Position numbers and translations under genes: made by a program. Under the pieces are notes generated by a model. The model saw nothing but the letters and a program-made list of their open reading frames with translations, searched no databases and was not told where the DNA came from. Below are positions 1 through 8,786 of a DNA stretch of 64,000 bases, in pieces. Position 1 is the first letter of the stretch. Each line of letters starts with the position of its first letter. Source of the DNA: an uncultured Gemmatimonadales bacterium (GTDB taxonomy: Bacteria > Gemmatimonadota > Gemmatimonadetes > Gemmatimonadales > Gemmatimonadaceae); assembly GCA_963701965.1 (NCBI GenBank), contig OY969695.1:640001-704000 (forward strand), written 5' to 3'.

Positions 1-834
1 CACCAGCTTCGAGTACCGCGTGTCGTAGTAGCAGTATGGCCACCCGAAGTCCGCGCCATCGGCCAGGCGCATGAACTCCTCGGCTGGTTCCTCGTGGCCA
101 TCGGCCGCCTGGTAGAACGCCGGCCAGTTCTCGAAGAGCTGATCGCGGCCATGCTGCGTCGAGTACATGTGGCCGTCCGTCGGATTGAACGACAATCCCT
201 CGGCGTTCCGAATGCCGGTCACGACGTGCTCACCCGTGGCCTGGGTTTGCCCCGTCTTGTTGGCGTCGAACCGCCAGATCCCGGCGCGCGTCTCGAGCTC
301 CACACAGGGGTCGACGCCCGGCGACGTGTTCTGCCGGTCGGCCTGCTGGCACGAGTTCGTGCGCGAGCCGACGTTCACATAGAGGCGGCCCTGGGCGTCG
401 AACGCAATGTTGCGCGCGCTGTGCCCGCCCGTCGGCAACCCGCGGACGATCGTGTCCGGAGGGCTCGCTTGCTCGGCGCCGATCTTGTACCGGATGATCG
501 CGGTGCGCGCGTCCACATACAGATATCCCGCGTGAATCGCGATGCCCGTCCCGCCAGGCGTGCCGAAGCCGAGGCGCGACGCGGCGTGCCCCGTTCCGCC
601 CGGGTCCTTGAGCGCCAGGACGCCAACCGGTTGGGCCGCGGCGCCGCCGCCGATCAGCGTGACGTAGACGGTGCCATCCGAGCCGACGACAACTTGACGC
701 GGCCCTCCCAGACTGTCGGCGAAGACGGTAGCGCAGAACCCCGAAGGTAGCGTGATGCCCCCGTTGCCGGGATCGCACGGCGGCGCGGGCGCGAGGCCGG
801 CCACGAATGGCGCGGCGAGTGCGAGAATGATCAT
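1..834 (-). CDS. PQQ-dependent sugar/sorbosone dehydrogenase-like beta-propeller protein (N-terminal part; runs off the window)
   Basis: My translation from ATG at 834: MIILALAAPFVAGLAPAPPCDPGNGGITLPSGFCATVFADSLGGPRQ...GRLYVNVGS...TGIRNAEGL...HGRDQL...DFGWPYCYYD. These motifs are typical of the L-sorbosone/glucose-sorbosone dehydrogenase family. Absent from the ORF track because there is no stop codon in the window. Confidence 0.8.
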   Translation of the reverse strand, partial: MIILALAAPFVAGLAPAPPCDPGNGGITLPSGFCATVFADSLGGPRQVVVGSDGTVYVTLIGGGAAAQPVGVLALKDPGGTGHAASRLGFGTPGGTGIAIHAGYLYVDARTAIIRYKIGAEQASPPDTIVRGLPTGGHSARNIAFDAQGRLYVNVGSRTNSCQQADRQNTSPGVDPCVELETRAGIWRFDANKTGQTQATGEHVVTGIRNAEGLSFNPTDGHMYSTQHGRDQLFENWPAFYQAADGHEEPAEEFMRLADGADFGWPYCYYDTRYSKLV

Positions 835-881
835 GGAGATAGCATAACGGCGCCGGCCGGTCCCGTGTATCTTCCCTGCCC

Positions 882-2108
882 ATGCGCACCCGCCTTCTCG
901 TTTTGGCGTTGCTCGCCGCGGCCCCGCTCCGCGCCCAGTCCGACCCGTACCGGGAGACGGCGCTCCGGGTGCTCCGCGAGACGCCCCTCATCGACGGACA
1001 CAACGACCTGCCGTGGACCATCCGCGAATTCGCGGGTCGGGATGTCGACAAGTACGACCTGACCAAGACCACGCCGAGGATGACGGATCTCGACCGCCTG
1101 GGCAAAGGCATGCTGGGCGCCCAGTTCTGGTCGGTCTACATCCCCGGTGAGATCAAGGACTCCGGATACGCCCGCGTCCAACTGGAGCAGATCGAGCTGG
1201 CGCGGCGGATGATCGCCAAGTATCCGGACCGGCTGGCGTTCGCGACCGGGACCGCCGATATCCGCCGGGCGTTCCATGAGCACAAGATCGCCTCGCTGCT
1301 GGGCATGGAGGGCGGCCACGCCATCGAGAATTCGCTCGGCGCGCTTCGCGCCTACTACGAGCTCGGCGTCCGCTACATGACGCTCACGCACAACGTGACG
1401 CTCGACTGGGCCGACGCCGCGCTCGACTCGGCGAAACACGGTGGGCTGACGCCGTTCGGCAAGGAAGTCGTCCGGGAGATGAATCGCCTCGGCATGCTCG
1501 TCGACATCTCCCACGTGTCACCCGGCGTCATGAGCAATGCGCTCACGGTGAGCGCCGCCCCCGTCATCTTCTCCCACTCCGGCGCCCGGGCCCTCGTGGA
1601 TCACCGGCGGAACGTGCCCGACTCGATCCTCCGGCGCGTCCCGGCCAACGGCGGGGTGGTGATGGTGCCGTTCGTCACGTCGTTCGTGTCCAAGGCGGTC
1701 TTCGACCACGATACGGCAGAAGCGCGTGTGGTGGCCCAGCATCCGAGCGACAGCGCCCTCAAGGCATGGCGGGCAACCCACCCCACCCCCAAAGCAACTC
1801 TGAAAGACGTGGCCGACGCCATTGACCACGTGCGCCAGGTCGCGGGGGTGGATCACGTGGGCATCGGCAGCGATTTCGACGGGATCACGGATGTGGTCGT
1901 CGGACTCGAGGACGTCTCGAAGTTCCCCGACCTGTTCACCGAACTGGCCCGCCGCGGGTGGACCGAGGCCGACTTGCGGAAATTGGCCGGCGAGAATCTC
2001 CTGCGGGCCTTCGCGCGGGCCGAGGCGGTCTCCGAGCGCCTGCGCCGGGAGCGGCCGCCCTCGACGGCCACCATCCAACAACTCGACGGCGCCGCGCGCG
2101 CGCAATAG
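882..2108 (+). CDS. Membrane dipeptidase (peptidase M19, renal dipeptidase family), secreted
   Basis: IDGHND, GAQFWS, MEGGH, TLTH, DISH, FSHS and GIGSDFDG motifs; signal peptide. Confidence 0.92.
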   Translation: MRTRLLVLALLAAAPLRAQSDPYRETALRVLRETPLIDGHNDLPWTIREFAGRDVDKYDLTKTTPRMTDLDRLGKGMLGAQFWSVYIPGEIKDSGYARVQLEQIELARRMIAKYPDRLAFATGTADIRRAFHEHKIASLLGMEGGHAIENSLGALRAYYELGVRYMTLTHNVTLDWADAALDSAKHGGLTPFGKEVVREMNRLGMLVDISHVSPGVMSNALTVSAAPVIFSHSGARALVDHRRNVPDSILRRVPANGGVVMVPFVTSFVSKAVFDHDTAEARVVAQHPSDSALKAWRATHPTPKATLKDVADAIDHVRQVAGVDHVGIGSDFDGITDVVVGLEDVSKFPDLFTELARRGWTEADLRKLAGENLLRAFARAEAVSERLRRERPPSTATIQQLDGAARAQ

Positions 2109-2117
2109 ACTCCCGGT

Positions 2118-3110
2118 ATGACGCAGATTTGCGGCACACGCCTCACGGCGCTCGGGACCTATGTGCCGCGCCGCGTGGTGACCAACGAGGACCTGTCACG
2201 GCTCGTCGACACCAACGACGAATGGATCCGCCGGCGGACCGGCATCCGGGAACGGCGGGCCTCGGCCGATGATGAGTTCACGTCGGATCTCTGCGTCGCG
2301 GCCGTACAGGACCTGGAGGCCCGGTCACCCGGGGCGCTCGAAGGCACGGAGCTCATCATCGTTGGCACGACGACGCCGGATTACGCGTTTCCCAGTGTCG
2401 CGGCCTCCGTGCAAGTGCGCTTAGGGCTCCACGGCGCCGGCGCCGTCGACATCCAGGCGACGTGCGCGGGATTCATGTACGGATTGCATCTGGCCAACGG
2501 TCTGGTCGCGGGCGGCGTCCACCGCAAGGTGCTGGTGGTCAGCGGTGAAACGCTCACCAAGGTCACCGACTACACCGACCGCACCTCGTGCATTCTGTTC
2601 GGCGACGGCGCCGGCGCCGCGCTCGTCGAGGCCACGGACCGCCCCACGATCCGGGCGTCCCTTGTCGGCGCCGACGGCGACAAAGGGCCGTTCCTGTTTC
2701 GCACGGGACTCTCGACGCGCATCAACCAGGCCGGCGCGCGTCCGGGCATGATCTACCAGAACGGCCGCGAGGTCTACCGGTGGGCGGTGGAGACCGTCTC
2801 CACGGGCGTCTGCGAGTTGATGCGGCGCGCCGGCGTGGCGCCGGACGGTATCGACTGGTTCGTGCCCCACAGCGCCAACACCCGGATCACCGAGGCCGTC
2901 TGCGAACGCACGGGCATTCCCGTGGAACGGACCCTGTCGAGCATCGAATGGTACGGCAACACCTCGGCGGCCACGATCCCGTTGGCGCTCAAGCTGGGGG
3001 CCGATGCCGGCAAGATCCGGAACGGCGACACGATGTTGCTGTACGGGTTCGGTGGTGGGTTGGTGCACGCGGGTATGTTGCTCGAATGGCACCTGGGCGC
3101 GCACGACTAG
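2118..3110 (+). CDS. fabH: Beta-ketoacyl-ACP synthase III
   Basis: Cys-His-Asn triad in ATCAGF, PHSAN and YGNTSAA; FGDGAGA and GFGGG motifs; TNDEWI..RTGIRERR. Confidence 0.9.
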   Translation: MTQICGTRLTALGTYVPRRVVTNEDLSRLVDTNDEWIRRRTGIRERRASADDEFTSDLCVAAVQDLEARSPGALEGTELIIVGTTTPDYAFPSVAASVQVRLGLHGAGAVDIQATCAGFMYGLHLANGLVAGGVHRKVLVVSGETLTKVTDYTDRTSCILFGDGAGAALVEATDRPTIRASLVGADGDKGPFLFRTGLSTRINQAGARPGMIYQNGREVYRWAVETVSTGVCELMRRAGVAPDGIDWFVPHSANTRITEAVCERTGIPVERTLSSIEWYGNTSAATIPLALKLGADAGKIRNGDTMLLYGFGGGLVHAGMLLEWHLGAHD

Positions 3111-3898
3111 CGCTTCTCGCGATCCTCGCCGGCTGCAGCGGCAGCGGCTCCAAGCCGGCGGCGCCCCGGTCACAAGACTCGACCGCGGCCGCGCCCGGGG
3201 TGCCGACCAGCAGTGTGGCGGTCGTCCACCGTTGGCCGCATGACGCGACCGCCTTCACGGAAGGGCTCGAGTTCCATCAGGGGCGGGTCTACGAGGGCAC
3301 GGGCCTCAACGGCCAGTCGGGCGTTCGCATGAGCGATCTGGCGACGGCCACGGTCCAGCGCCGCGTGGCGCTCCCCCAGGTCGACTTCGGCGAAGGCATC
3401 ACGATCTTCCGGGGACGGTTGTACGAGCTGACGTGGCAGAACGGCGTGGGATTCATCTACGACACCGCGACGTTCACCCGGAAGGGGACATTCACGTATT
3501 CCGGACAAGGCTGGGGCCTCACGCACGACAGCGCGTCGCTCATCATGAGCGATGGGACCGACGTGTTGCGCTATCTCGATCCGACGACCCTGCGCGTGAC
3601 CAAAGCGCTGGCGGTGACGTCGGGCGGCCTGCCCGTGCAGCGACTCAACGAGTTGGAGTGGATCAAAGGGCAGATTTGGGCGAACATCTGGCAAACGCCG
3701 CAAATCGCGCGCATCGATCCGCATACGGGAGCGGTCGTCGGATGGATCGACCTCACCAATCTCGTGCCGACCGGCTCGCAATTCGATTCGGTCAATGTGG
3801 CCAATGGCATCGCCTACGACTCAGCCGGTGACAGAGTATTTGTCACCGGGAAGCGTTGGCCAGTGCTATTCGAGATCAAGCTGGAGCCGGCGAAATAG
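3086..3898 (+). CDS. Glutaminyl-peptide cyclotransferase (plant/bacterial beta-propeller type), lipoprotein
   Basis: PHD..AFTEGL, FGEGIT, LTW, GWGLT, LNELE, ANIW, NGIAYD and VTGKRW motifs; lipobox LAGC after ATG at 3086. Confidence 0.9.
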   Translation: MAPGRARLALLAILAGCSGSGSKPAAPRSQDSTAAAPGVPTSSVAVVHRWPHDATAFTEGLEFHQGRVYEGTGLNGQSGVRMSDLATATVQRRVALPQVDFGEGITIFRGRLYELTWQNGVGFIYDTATFTRKGTFTYSGQGWGLTHDSASLIMSDGTDVLRYLDPTTLRVTKALAVTSGGLPVQRLNELEWIKGQIWANIWQTPQIARIDPHTGAVVGWIDLTNLVPTGSQFDSVNVANGIAYDSAGDRVFVTGKRWPVLFEIKLEPAK

Positions 3899-3902
3899 CG
3901 GA

Positions 3903-3928
3903 GTAACGTTCGCCGCGCTGGGCCCGTC
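3903..3928 (+). promoter_or_regulatory. Putative ECF-sigma promoter (GTAAC-N17-CGTC) upstream of the small peptide gene
   Basis: GTAAC at 3903-3907 and CGTC at 3925-3928 match the general ECF -35 AAC / -10 CGT pattern. Confidence 0.4.
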
Positions 3929-3962
3929 AGCAGGGTGAACCTACTACCCGAGAGGCCCAGCT

Positions 3963-4082
3963 ATGCTTCGACGCATTGCCATCCTGGCCGCCGTGCTCTT
4001 CGCCGCGGCCTGTGCGAGCGCCACCGCACCCACCAGCAGCTGCGGCGGTGGGATGAGCATGGGCAGTGACAGCCGGTGCTGA
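3963..4082 (+). CDS. Small secreted/lipo-peptide, 39 aa: MLRRIAILAAVLFAAACASATAPTSSCGGGMSMGSDSRC
   Basis: ATG at 3963 preceded by a GAGG Shine-Dalgarno; basic n-region, hydrophobic h-region and AAAC lipobox; TGA at 4080-4082; below the ORF-track length cutoff. Confidence 0.7.
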   Translation: MLRRIAILAAVLFAAACASATAPTSSCGGGMSMGSDSRC

Positions 4083-4091
4083 TGCGGCTGA

Positions 4092-4235
4092 TGCTAGAGT
4101 TCCGCGCAGCGGAACTCAGTTCAACCGACGCGGTCTAGCAGCGTGCGTTTTTCAGCACCTGCTAGAGTTCCGCGCAGCGGAACTCAGTTCAACCGACGCG
4201 GTCTAGCAGCGTGCGTTTTTCAGCACCTGCTAGAG
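4092..4235. repeat. Tandem direct repeat, 68-bp unit x2 plus 8 bp, with internal hairpin
   Basis: Identical copies start at 4092 and 4160, and a partial TGCTAGAG at 4228. Each copy has the hairpin GAGTTCCGC-GCA-GCGGAACTC and the outer inverted repeat TGCTAGA...TCTAGCA. Confidence 0.95.
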
Positions 4236-5510
4236 CGCTGTACCGACACGCTCCCGTAATTCTCTGACCGCTTGAACGACGTGGGCCACCGACGCTGGGC
4301 TCTCGATGCTCGGCGCCGGTGGCTGCGGCTCCTCGTGCCGTCCCATGGCCTCCAACGCCTCCTCGGCCTGCACCAGGATCGCGTTCAGCTTGTGCCGCTG
4401 CGCCACCTCGATGGCGCGCTCGTAGGCGAGACGCGCCGGCTCCTCGCGCCCGAACCGCCGCAACCCTTCGCCCGCGTACAGGTGGTAGTGCGCGGCCCCG
4501 CGCGGCGGCAGCGCGCATGCCGCCAACTCCCGGCGACACTGCTCGAATTCCAACTCCCGGCCACCGAGCTGCGCCAGATGCATGAGATTGATGGCGGCGA
4601 TGGCCCGGCCGTAGGGCTCGTGCGCCGACGTGTGCAGCACTTGGAACGCATCGCGCGCCGCGTCGTGGAGTCCGAGCGCCGTCAGGTTGTACGCGATGTC
4701 GACGAGCACCCGCTCGCGCCCCCGCTCGTCGCGGTACGCGTTCAACGCCTCGAAATAGAGTGTGACGGCCCGTTCGGGGTCCCCGCGATCGGTCGCGGCG
4801 ACTCCGCGATCATGCTTGGCGCGGGCCAGCACGTCGGACAGATCGGCGGCCCCGGACTCCCGCATCCGCGCCGTCGCCTCGGCAATGACCGCGTCGAGCA
4901 CCCGCTCGGCGGCGGGATAGTTGCCGCGATCCCTGAGCACGTGCGCCTCGCCCAGGCGCGCCAGCAACGCGGTCTGCGTGTCACCCGCCTCTTCCGCGCA
5001 TCGGCCGCCCGCCTGATACGCGGACAGCGCCGCGTCGCTATCGCCCGCAATGCGCCGGCAGGCGCCCAGTCGCACGTAGGCCAGTGGGATGAACTGTTGC
5101 TCCTCGTCGGTCCGCGCATGGCGCACGAACGTCTGAAAGGCATCGGCGGCCAGCGTCCAGGCTTCGAGCTCGCGCAAATGTTGCGCGTAGGCCAGCAACG
5201 CCGCCGTGACTTCGGTCGCGCGGCGTCCCCAGAAGCGGCTCGCCGCCGTCACCAATGTGCCGAGCAACTCGCGGACGCGCGGGTCGTCCACCGAGGCGAC
5301 CGCGCGCTGCACGGCGTGGACTTCGCGCAGCAGCGGGGCATGTTCTCCCTCGCTGGCGTCCGCCCATTTGTCGATGAACCGCAGCACCAGGAATCCCGCC
5401 AGCGTGCGATGCCAGCCTGGCGCCGCTTCAGTCAGCGTGCCGAGCGCCTCGATAAAGGCCAGGTGGGCGGTCGGTGGCACATCGTGCAGGGGTCCACCAT
5501 CGACGGTCAT
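4230..5510 (-). CDS. Stand-alone TPR-like alpha-solenoid protein (426 aa)
   Basis: Repeated TPR-like helices (LG.....GD.DAAL.AY, GNYPAAE, GD.ERA..LY.EAL, AR.AYERA); no signal peptide or catalytic motif recognised. Confidence 0.8.
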   Translation of the reverse strand: MTVDGGPLHDVPPTAHLAFIEALGTLTEAAPGWHRTLAGFLVLRFIDKWADASEGEHAPLLREVHAVQRAVASVDDPRVRELLGTLVTAASRFWGRRATEVTAALLAYAQHLRELEAWTLAADAFQTFVRHARTDEEQQFIPLAYVRLGACRRIAGDSDAALSAYQAGGRCAEEAGDTQTALLARLGEAHVLRDRGNYPAAERVLDAVIAEATARMRESGAADLSDVLARAKHDRGVAATDRGDPERAVTLYFEALNAYRDERGRERVLVDIAYNLTALGLHDAARDAFQVLHTSAHEPYGRAIAAINLMHLAQLGGRELEFEQCRRELAACALPPRGAAHYHLYAGEGLRRFGREEPARLAYERAIEVAQRHKLNAILVQAEEALEAMGRHEEPQPPAPSIESPASVAHVVQAVRELRERVGTAL

Positions 5511-5561
5511 TGCGGGATAACATTCAGCCGACTGGCGACCACCGCAAGCTAAGACCGCACG

Positions 5562-6047
5562 CTAACGCCTCACGACGATCTCTCCCGCCGGCACCTCGAT
5601 CTTCGGTTGCTCGCGATCCACCGGCACGATGAGCGCCGACAAGTAGTAGCGACCCGCCGGAAGGTCGATACTGGGCCCGTAACGCCCGGTCTGCGCCGTA
5701 TACGAAGCACCAGGCGCCAGTCGCTCGCGTACCGGCTTGACGTAGCACTCGGCGCCCGCCGACGCATCGTACACCGGCGCGCCCGCGCGGTCGGCGTGCG
5801 CGAAGATGCGCAGCAGTGCCGCGCAGTTCCCCCCCAGGACTTCGAGCGTGGCGGGATGGTCGCTGGCGTTGGTGACCGTGACGGTCACTTGCACTTCGAG
5901 CGGTCCAAAGAGGTTGGCGCCGCTGTTCGAGGCCGTGAGACGAAAATCACCCGACGTCACCGCCGCCGCGTTGGGCACGGGATGATGGTCGGGCGCTCGG
6001 GAATGACAGCCGAAGAAGAGCAACGCGAGGCAGGCACACCAACGCAT
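5562..6047 (-). CDS. Hypothetical lipoprotein, beta-sandwich-like
   Basis: FFGC lipobox; VTVTVTN, L.PG.S and LPAGRY.L patterns typical of Ig-like folds. Confidence 0.65.
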   Translation of the reverse strand: MRWCACLALLFFGCHSRAPDHHPVPNAAAVTSGDFRLTASNSGANLFGPLEVQVTVTVTNASDHPATLEVLGGNCAALLRIFAHADRAGAPVYDASAGAECYVKPVRERLAPGASYTAQTGRYGPSIDLPAGRYYLSALIVPVDREQPKIEVPAGEIVVRR

Positions 6048-6056
6048 CGCGTGAGT

Positions 6057-6395
6057 CTAGTCGGTGGACGCCTCCGCGCACCACCGGCCGATTTCTTCGC
6101 GGAGCAGATGCGTGCACCATTCCGGCGTTCCTGAAGGGACCGCGCCATCGACGGCGCGCAGGATGCGCCGGCGCGCCGCGTCGACGCCCATGCCTTCGCG
6201 CCGCCGCTCGGTGAGATGCAGGAGCACTTCGAGCCGCAAACGTTCAAGCGGCCCCAACCCTGGGAGCGGCGACCGCGCGACCGCGAGCGGGCGGAGCGGA
6301 CTCGGCTCATCGCCGACGACGTCGGCCAATGCCGCCAGCACCGCCGGCGACACGCCTACACCCTCACGACGCCCGGCCTCGAACGCGATGGACAT
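6057..6395 (-). CDS. Hypothetical protein
   Basis: Open frame from ATG at 6395 fills the gap between neighbours; no motif recognised. Confidence 0.45.
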   Translation of the reverse strand: MSIAFEAGRREGVGVSPAVLAALADVVGDEPSPLRPLAVARSPLPGLGPLERLRLEVLLHLTERRREGMGVDAARRRILRAVDGAVPSGTPEWCTHLLREEIGRWCAEASTD

Positions 6396-6549
6396 GGCGC
6401 CAACGTAGGTGGGCACAATGACCGACGCGGTGATAGAGGTCACACGCGGATTCCGGCCGCCGCAATAGACGCCGAACGTTTGCGTAACTCGTGGTCCCAC
6501 TATTAGATACACCTCCAGACATCTGTCTCCTTCCCATACAGGACGTATC

Positions 6550-8364
6550 ATGCGACATCAGTCGATAGTCCTTGCGGCGGTGGCCGCGGCAACGCTCGCG
6601 GGAGTTGGTACGGCGCGCGCACAAGGGGATCTCTCCACAATGTCCCAGGACCCGAAGCAATGGGTCATGACGGGGCGCACGTACGATCTCCAGCGCTATA
6701 GCCCCTTGGCACAGATCACCGCCGCCAACGTGGCCCACCTCCACGCGGCCTGGAGTTTCTCGACCGGCACGCTGCGCGGACACGAGGGCAACCCGCTCGT
6801 GATCGGCAGCGTCATGTACGTGCACTCCTCGTTCCCCAACAAGGTCTACGCGCTCGATCTCACCAAGCCCGGCGCGCCCCAGATCTGGCAGTACACGCCA
6901 GAGCAGGACGCCAACGTGATCCCGATCGCGTGCTGCGACGTGGTCAACCGCGGCCTGGCCTATCACCCCAGCGGCAAGCTGTACATCGAGCTGCTGCAGG
7001 GGGACTTGTTGGCCCTCGACGCCAAGACCGGGAAGAAGATCTTCCAGGTCAAGAGCGCCGATTTCCACAAGGGCGAGACGATGACCAACGCCCCGCTCGT
7101 GGTGAAGAACGTCGTGCTCACGGGGATCTCGGGCGGCGAGTTCGGCGTCCGGGGCCGCATCACGGCCTTCAATGCCATGGACGGCCATGAGCTGTGGCGC
7201 GGGTACTCGACCGGTCCCGACAAAGACGTGCTGATCACCGAGAACACGCTCAAGTCCCCGTACCCGTCCGCTCAAGGCAAAGACTTGGGTGTCTCGACGT
7301 GGCAGGGGGATGAGTGGCAGCGCGGCGGCGGCACGACGTGGGGATGGTACTCCTACGATCCGCAACTCAACCTGTTCTACTACGGCTCGGGCAATCCGGG
7401 CACGTGGAATCCCGATCAGCGGCCGGGCGACAACAAGTGGTCGATGACGATCTGGGCCCGGAGCCCGGAGACGGGCGAAGTGAAGTGGGCCTATCAGATG
7501 ACCCCGCACGATGCGTGGGACTATGACGGCGTGAACGAGATGATCTTGAGCGACCAGACGATCGGCGGGAAGCCCGTCAAGGCGCTCACGCACTTCGATC
7601 GCAACGGGTTCGGCTACACGCTCGATCGGACGAATGGGAAAGTCTTGGTGGCCAACCCCTACGGGCCGACGAACTGGGCGAAGTCGGTCGATCTGACGAC
7701 GGGACGGCCGGTGGAAGATGCCTCGAAGCGGACGACGGCCAAGGGGAACACGGAAGGGATTTGCCCGGCGGCGATCGGGTTCAAGGATCAGCAGCCGGCG
7801 GCGTACTCGCCGAAGACGCAGCTCTTCTACGTGCCGGTGAACAACATCTGCATGGACTACGAGGGCGTGGAAGTGAAGTACGCGGCGGGGCAGCCGTACG
7901 TGGGCGCGATCGTGCGGATGTTCCCGGGCCCGGGCGGCAACCGCGGGCGTTTCATCGCCTGGGATCCGCGCCTGGGGAAAGTGGTGTGGGAGGATAAGGA
8001 GAATCTCGCGGCCTACGGCGGGGTGCTGACGACTGGCGGCGATCTCGTCTTCTACGGGACAATGGAAGGGTGGTTGAAGGCGGTGGATCCGAAGACGGGC
8101 AAGCTCTTGTGGCAGTACAAGACGCCGTCGGGGATCATCGGGAACCCGATGACGTATGTGGGGCCCGATGGGAAGCAGTACGTGGCAGTGTTGTCGGGGA
8201 TCGGCGGGTGGGCCGGGATCGGCGTGGCCGCCGGGATCGGGGCCGAGGATCCGACCGCGGGCTTGGGCGCGCTCGGCGCGTTCGGGGACGCCGGATCCTA
8301 CACGACGCAAGGTGGTGTCCTGACCGTGTTCGCGCTCGACAACGCGGCAGCGACAGCCAAGTAA
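6550..8364 (+). CDS. xoxF: Lanthanide-dependent PQQ methanol dehydrogenase (XoxF type)
   Basis: Vicinal cysteines ACCDVVNRG, GGEFGVRG, WGWYSYDP, GNP.TWNP.QRPGDNKWSMTIWAR, and WDYDGVNE. The D-Y-D carries the extra lanthanide-ligating Asp where MxaF has D-x-A. Signal peptide present. Confidence 0.9.
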   Translation: MRHQSIVLAAVAAATLAGVGTARAQGDLSTMSQDPKQWVMTGRTYDLQRYSPLAQITAANVAHLHAAWSFSTGTLRGHEGNPLVIGSVMYVHSSFPNKVYALDLTKPGAPQIWQYTPEQDANVIPIACCDVVNRGLAYHPSGKLYIELLQGDLLALDAKTGKKIFQVKSADFHKGETMTNAPLVVKNVVLTGISGGEFGVRGRITAFNAMDGHELWRGYSTGPDKDVLITENTLKSPYPSAQGKDLGVSTWQGDEWQRGGGTTWGWYSYDPQLNLFYYGSGNPGTWNPDQRPGDNKWSMTIWARSPETGEVKWAYQMTPHDAWDYDGVNEMILSDQTIGGKPVKALTHFDRNGFGYTLDRTNGKVLVANPYGPTNWAKSVDLTTGRPVEDASKRTTAKGNTEGICPAAIGFKDQQPAAYSPKTQLFYVPVNNICMDYEGVEVKYAAGQPYVGAIVRMFPGPGGNRGRFIAWDPRLGKVVWEDKENLAAYGGVLTTGGDLVFYGTMEGWLKAVDPKTGKLLWQYKTPSGIIGNPMTYVGPDGKQYVAVLSGIGGWAGIGVAAGIGAEDPTAGLGALGAFGDAGSYTTQGGVLTVFALDNAAATAK

Positions 8365-8376
8365 CGGCGACGTTCG

Positions 8377-8763
8377 TCAGGGGGGCCGGCGCAAAGTCAG
8401 TGTTGTCGCCGGCCCCAGGCCCAACCCCCCATCGGTTCGCAGCGTCGCCGCGATATCGCCCTCCGCGCGCAACCGGCCGCTCAGCTGCGCCGACTCAATG
8501 TCAATGACACCCGATCGCCATGGCGCCAGCACCAGCGCAATGGTATCGCGGGCGAGGATCCCCCGCACCGCGATCGGGAACGACCGACCGTCGGTTTGTG
8601 CGACGCCCCACCCGCGGAGACTATCGCCGTGGGTCCGGAGTGTGAACGCCACGGCCACGGGTCCGGCGCTCGCCGGATCGTTGACCCCCTGCCACCGGCC
8701 GTCGACTCCCGTCCCCGCACAGGCCGTCAGTAGCGCCACGCATCCCACGCACGACAATCGCAT
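8377..8763 (-). CDS. Hypothetical lipoprotein
   Basis: LTAC lipobox; beta-strand-rich body; TATACT -10 box 6 nt before the ATG. Confidence 0.6.
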   Translation of the reverse strand: MRLSCVGCVALLTACAGTGVDGRWQGVNDPASAGPVAVAFTLRTHGDSLRGWGVAQTDGRSFPIAVRGILARDTIALVLAPWRSGVIDIESAQLSGRLRAEGDIAATLRTDGGLGLGPATTLTLRRPP

Positions 8764-8786
8764 CGGTCCAGTATATTCGCTCTATC

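Noticed and set aside
4092..4235. CRISPR array or integron attC site
   Set aside because: The units are identical end to end with no variable spacers and no cas genes. There is no properly paired RYYYAAC/GTTRRRY and no integrase.
6364..8310. Long antisense ORFs here and at 4272-5552, 14005-16086, 49820-51787, 53471-55207 and 61677-63485
   Set aside because: These are shadow frames of well-supported genes in high-GC DNA, Arg/Pro-rich and without motifs.
8382..8416. Terminator for xoxF (10-bp stem GGGGCCGGCG/CGCCGGCCCC)
   Set aside because: The loop is 15 nt, there is no U-tract, and it lies inside the convergent CDS.
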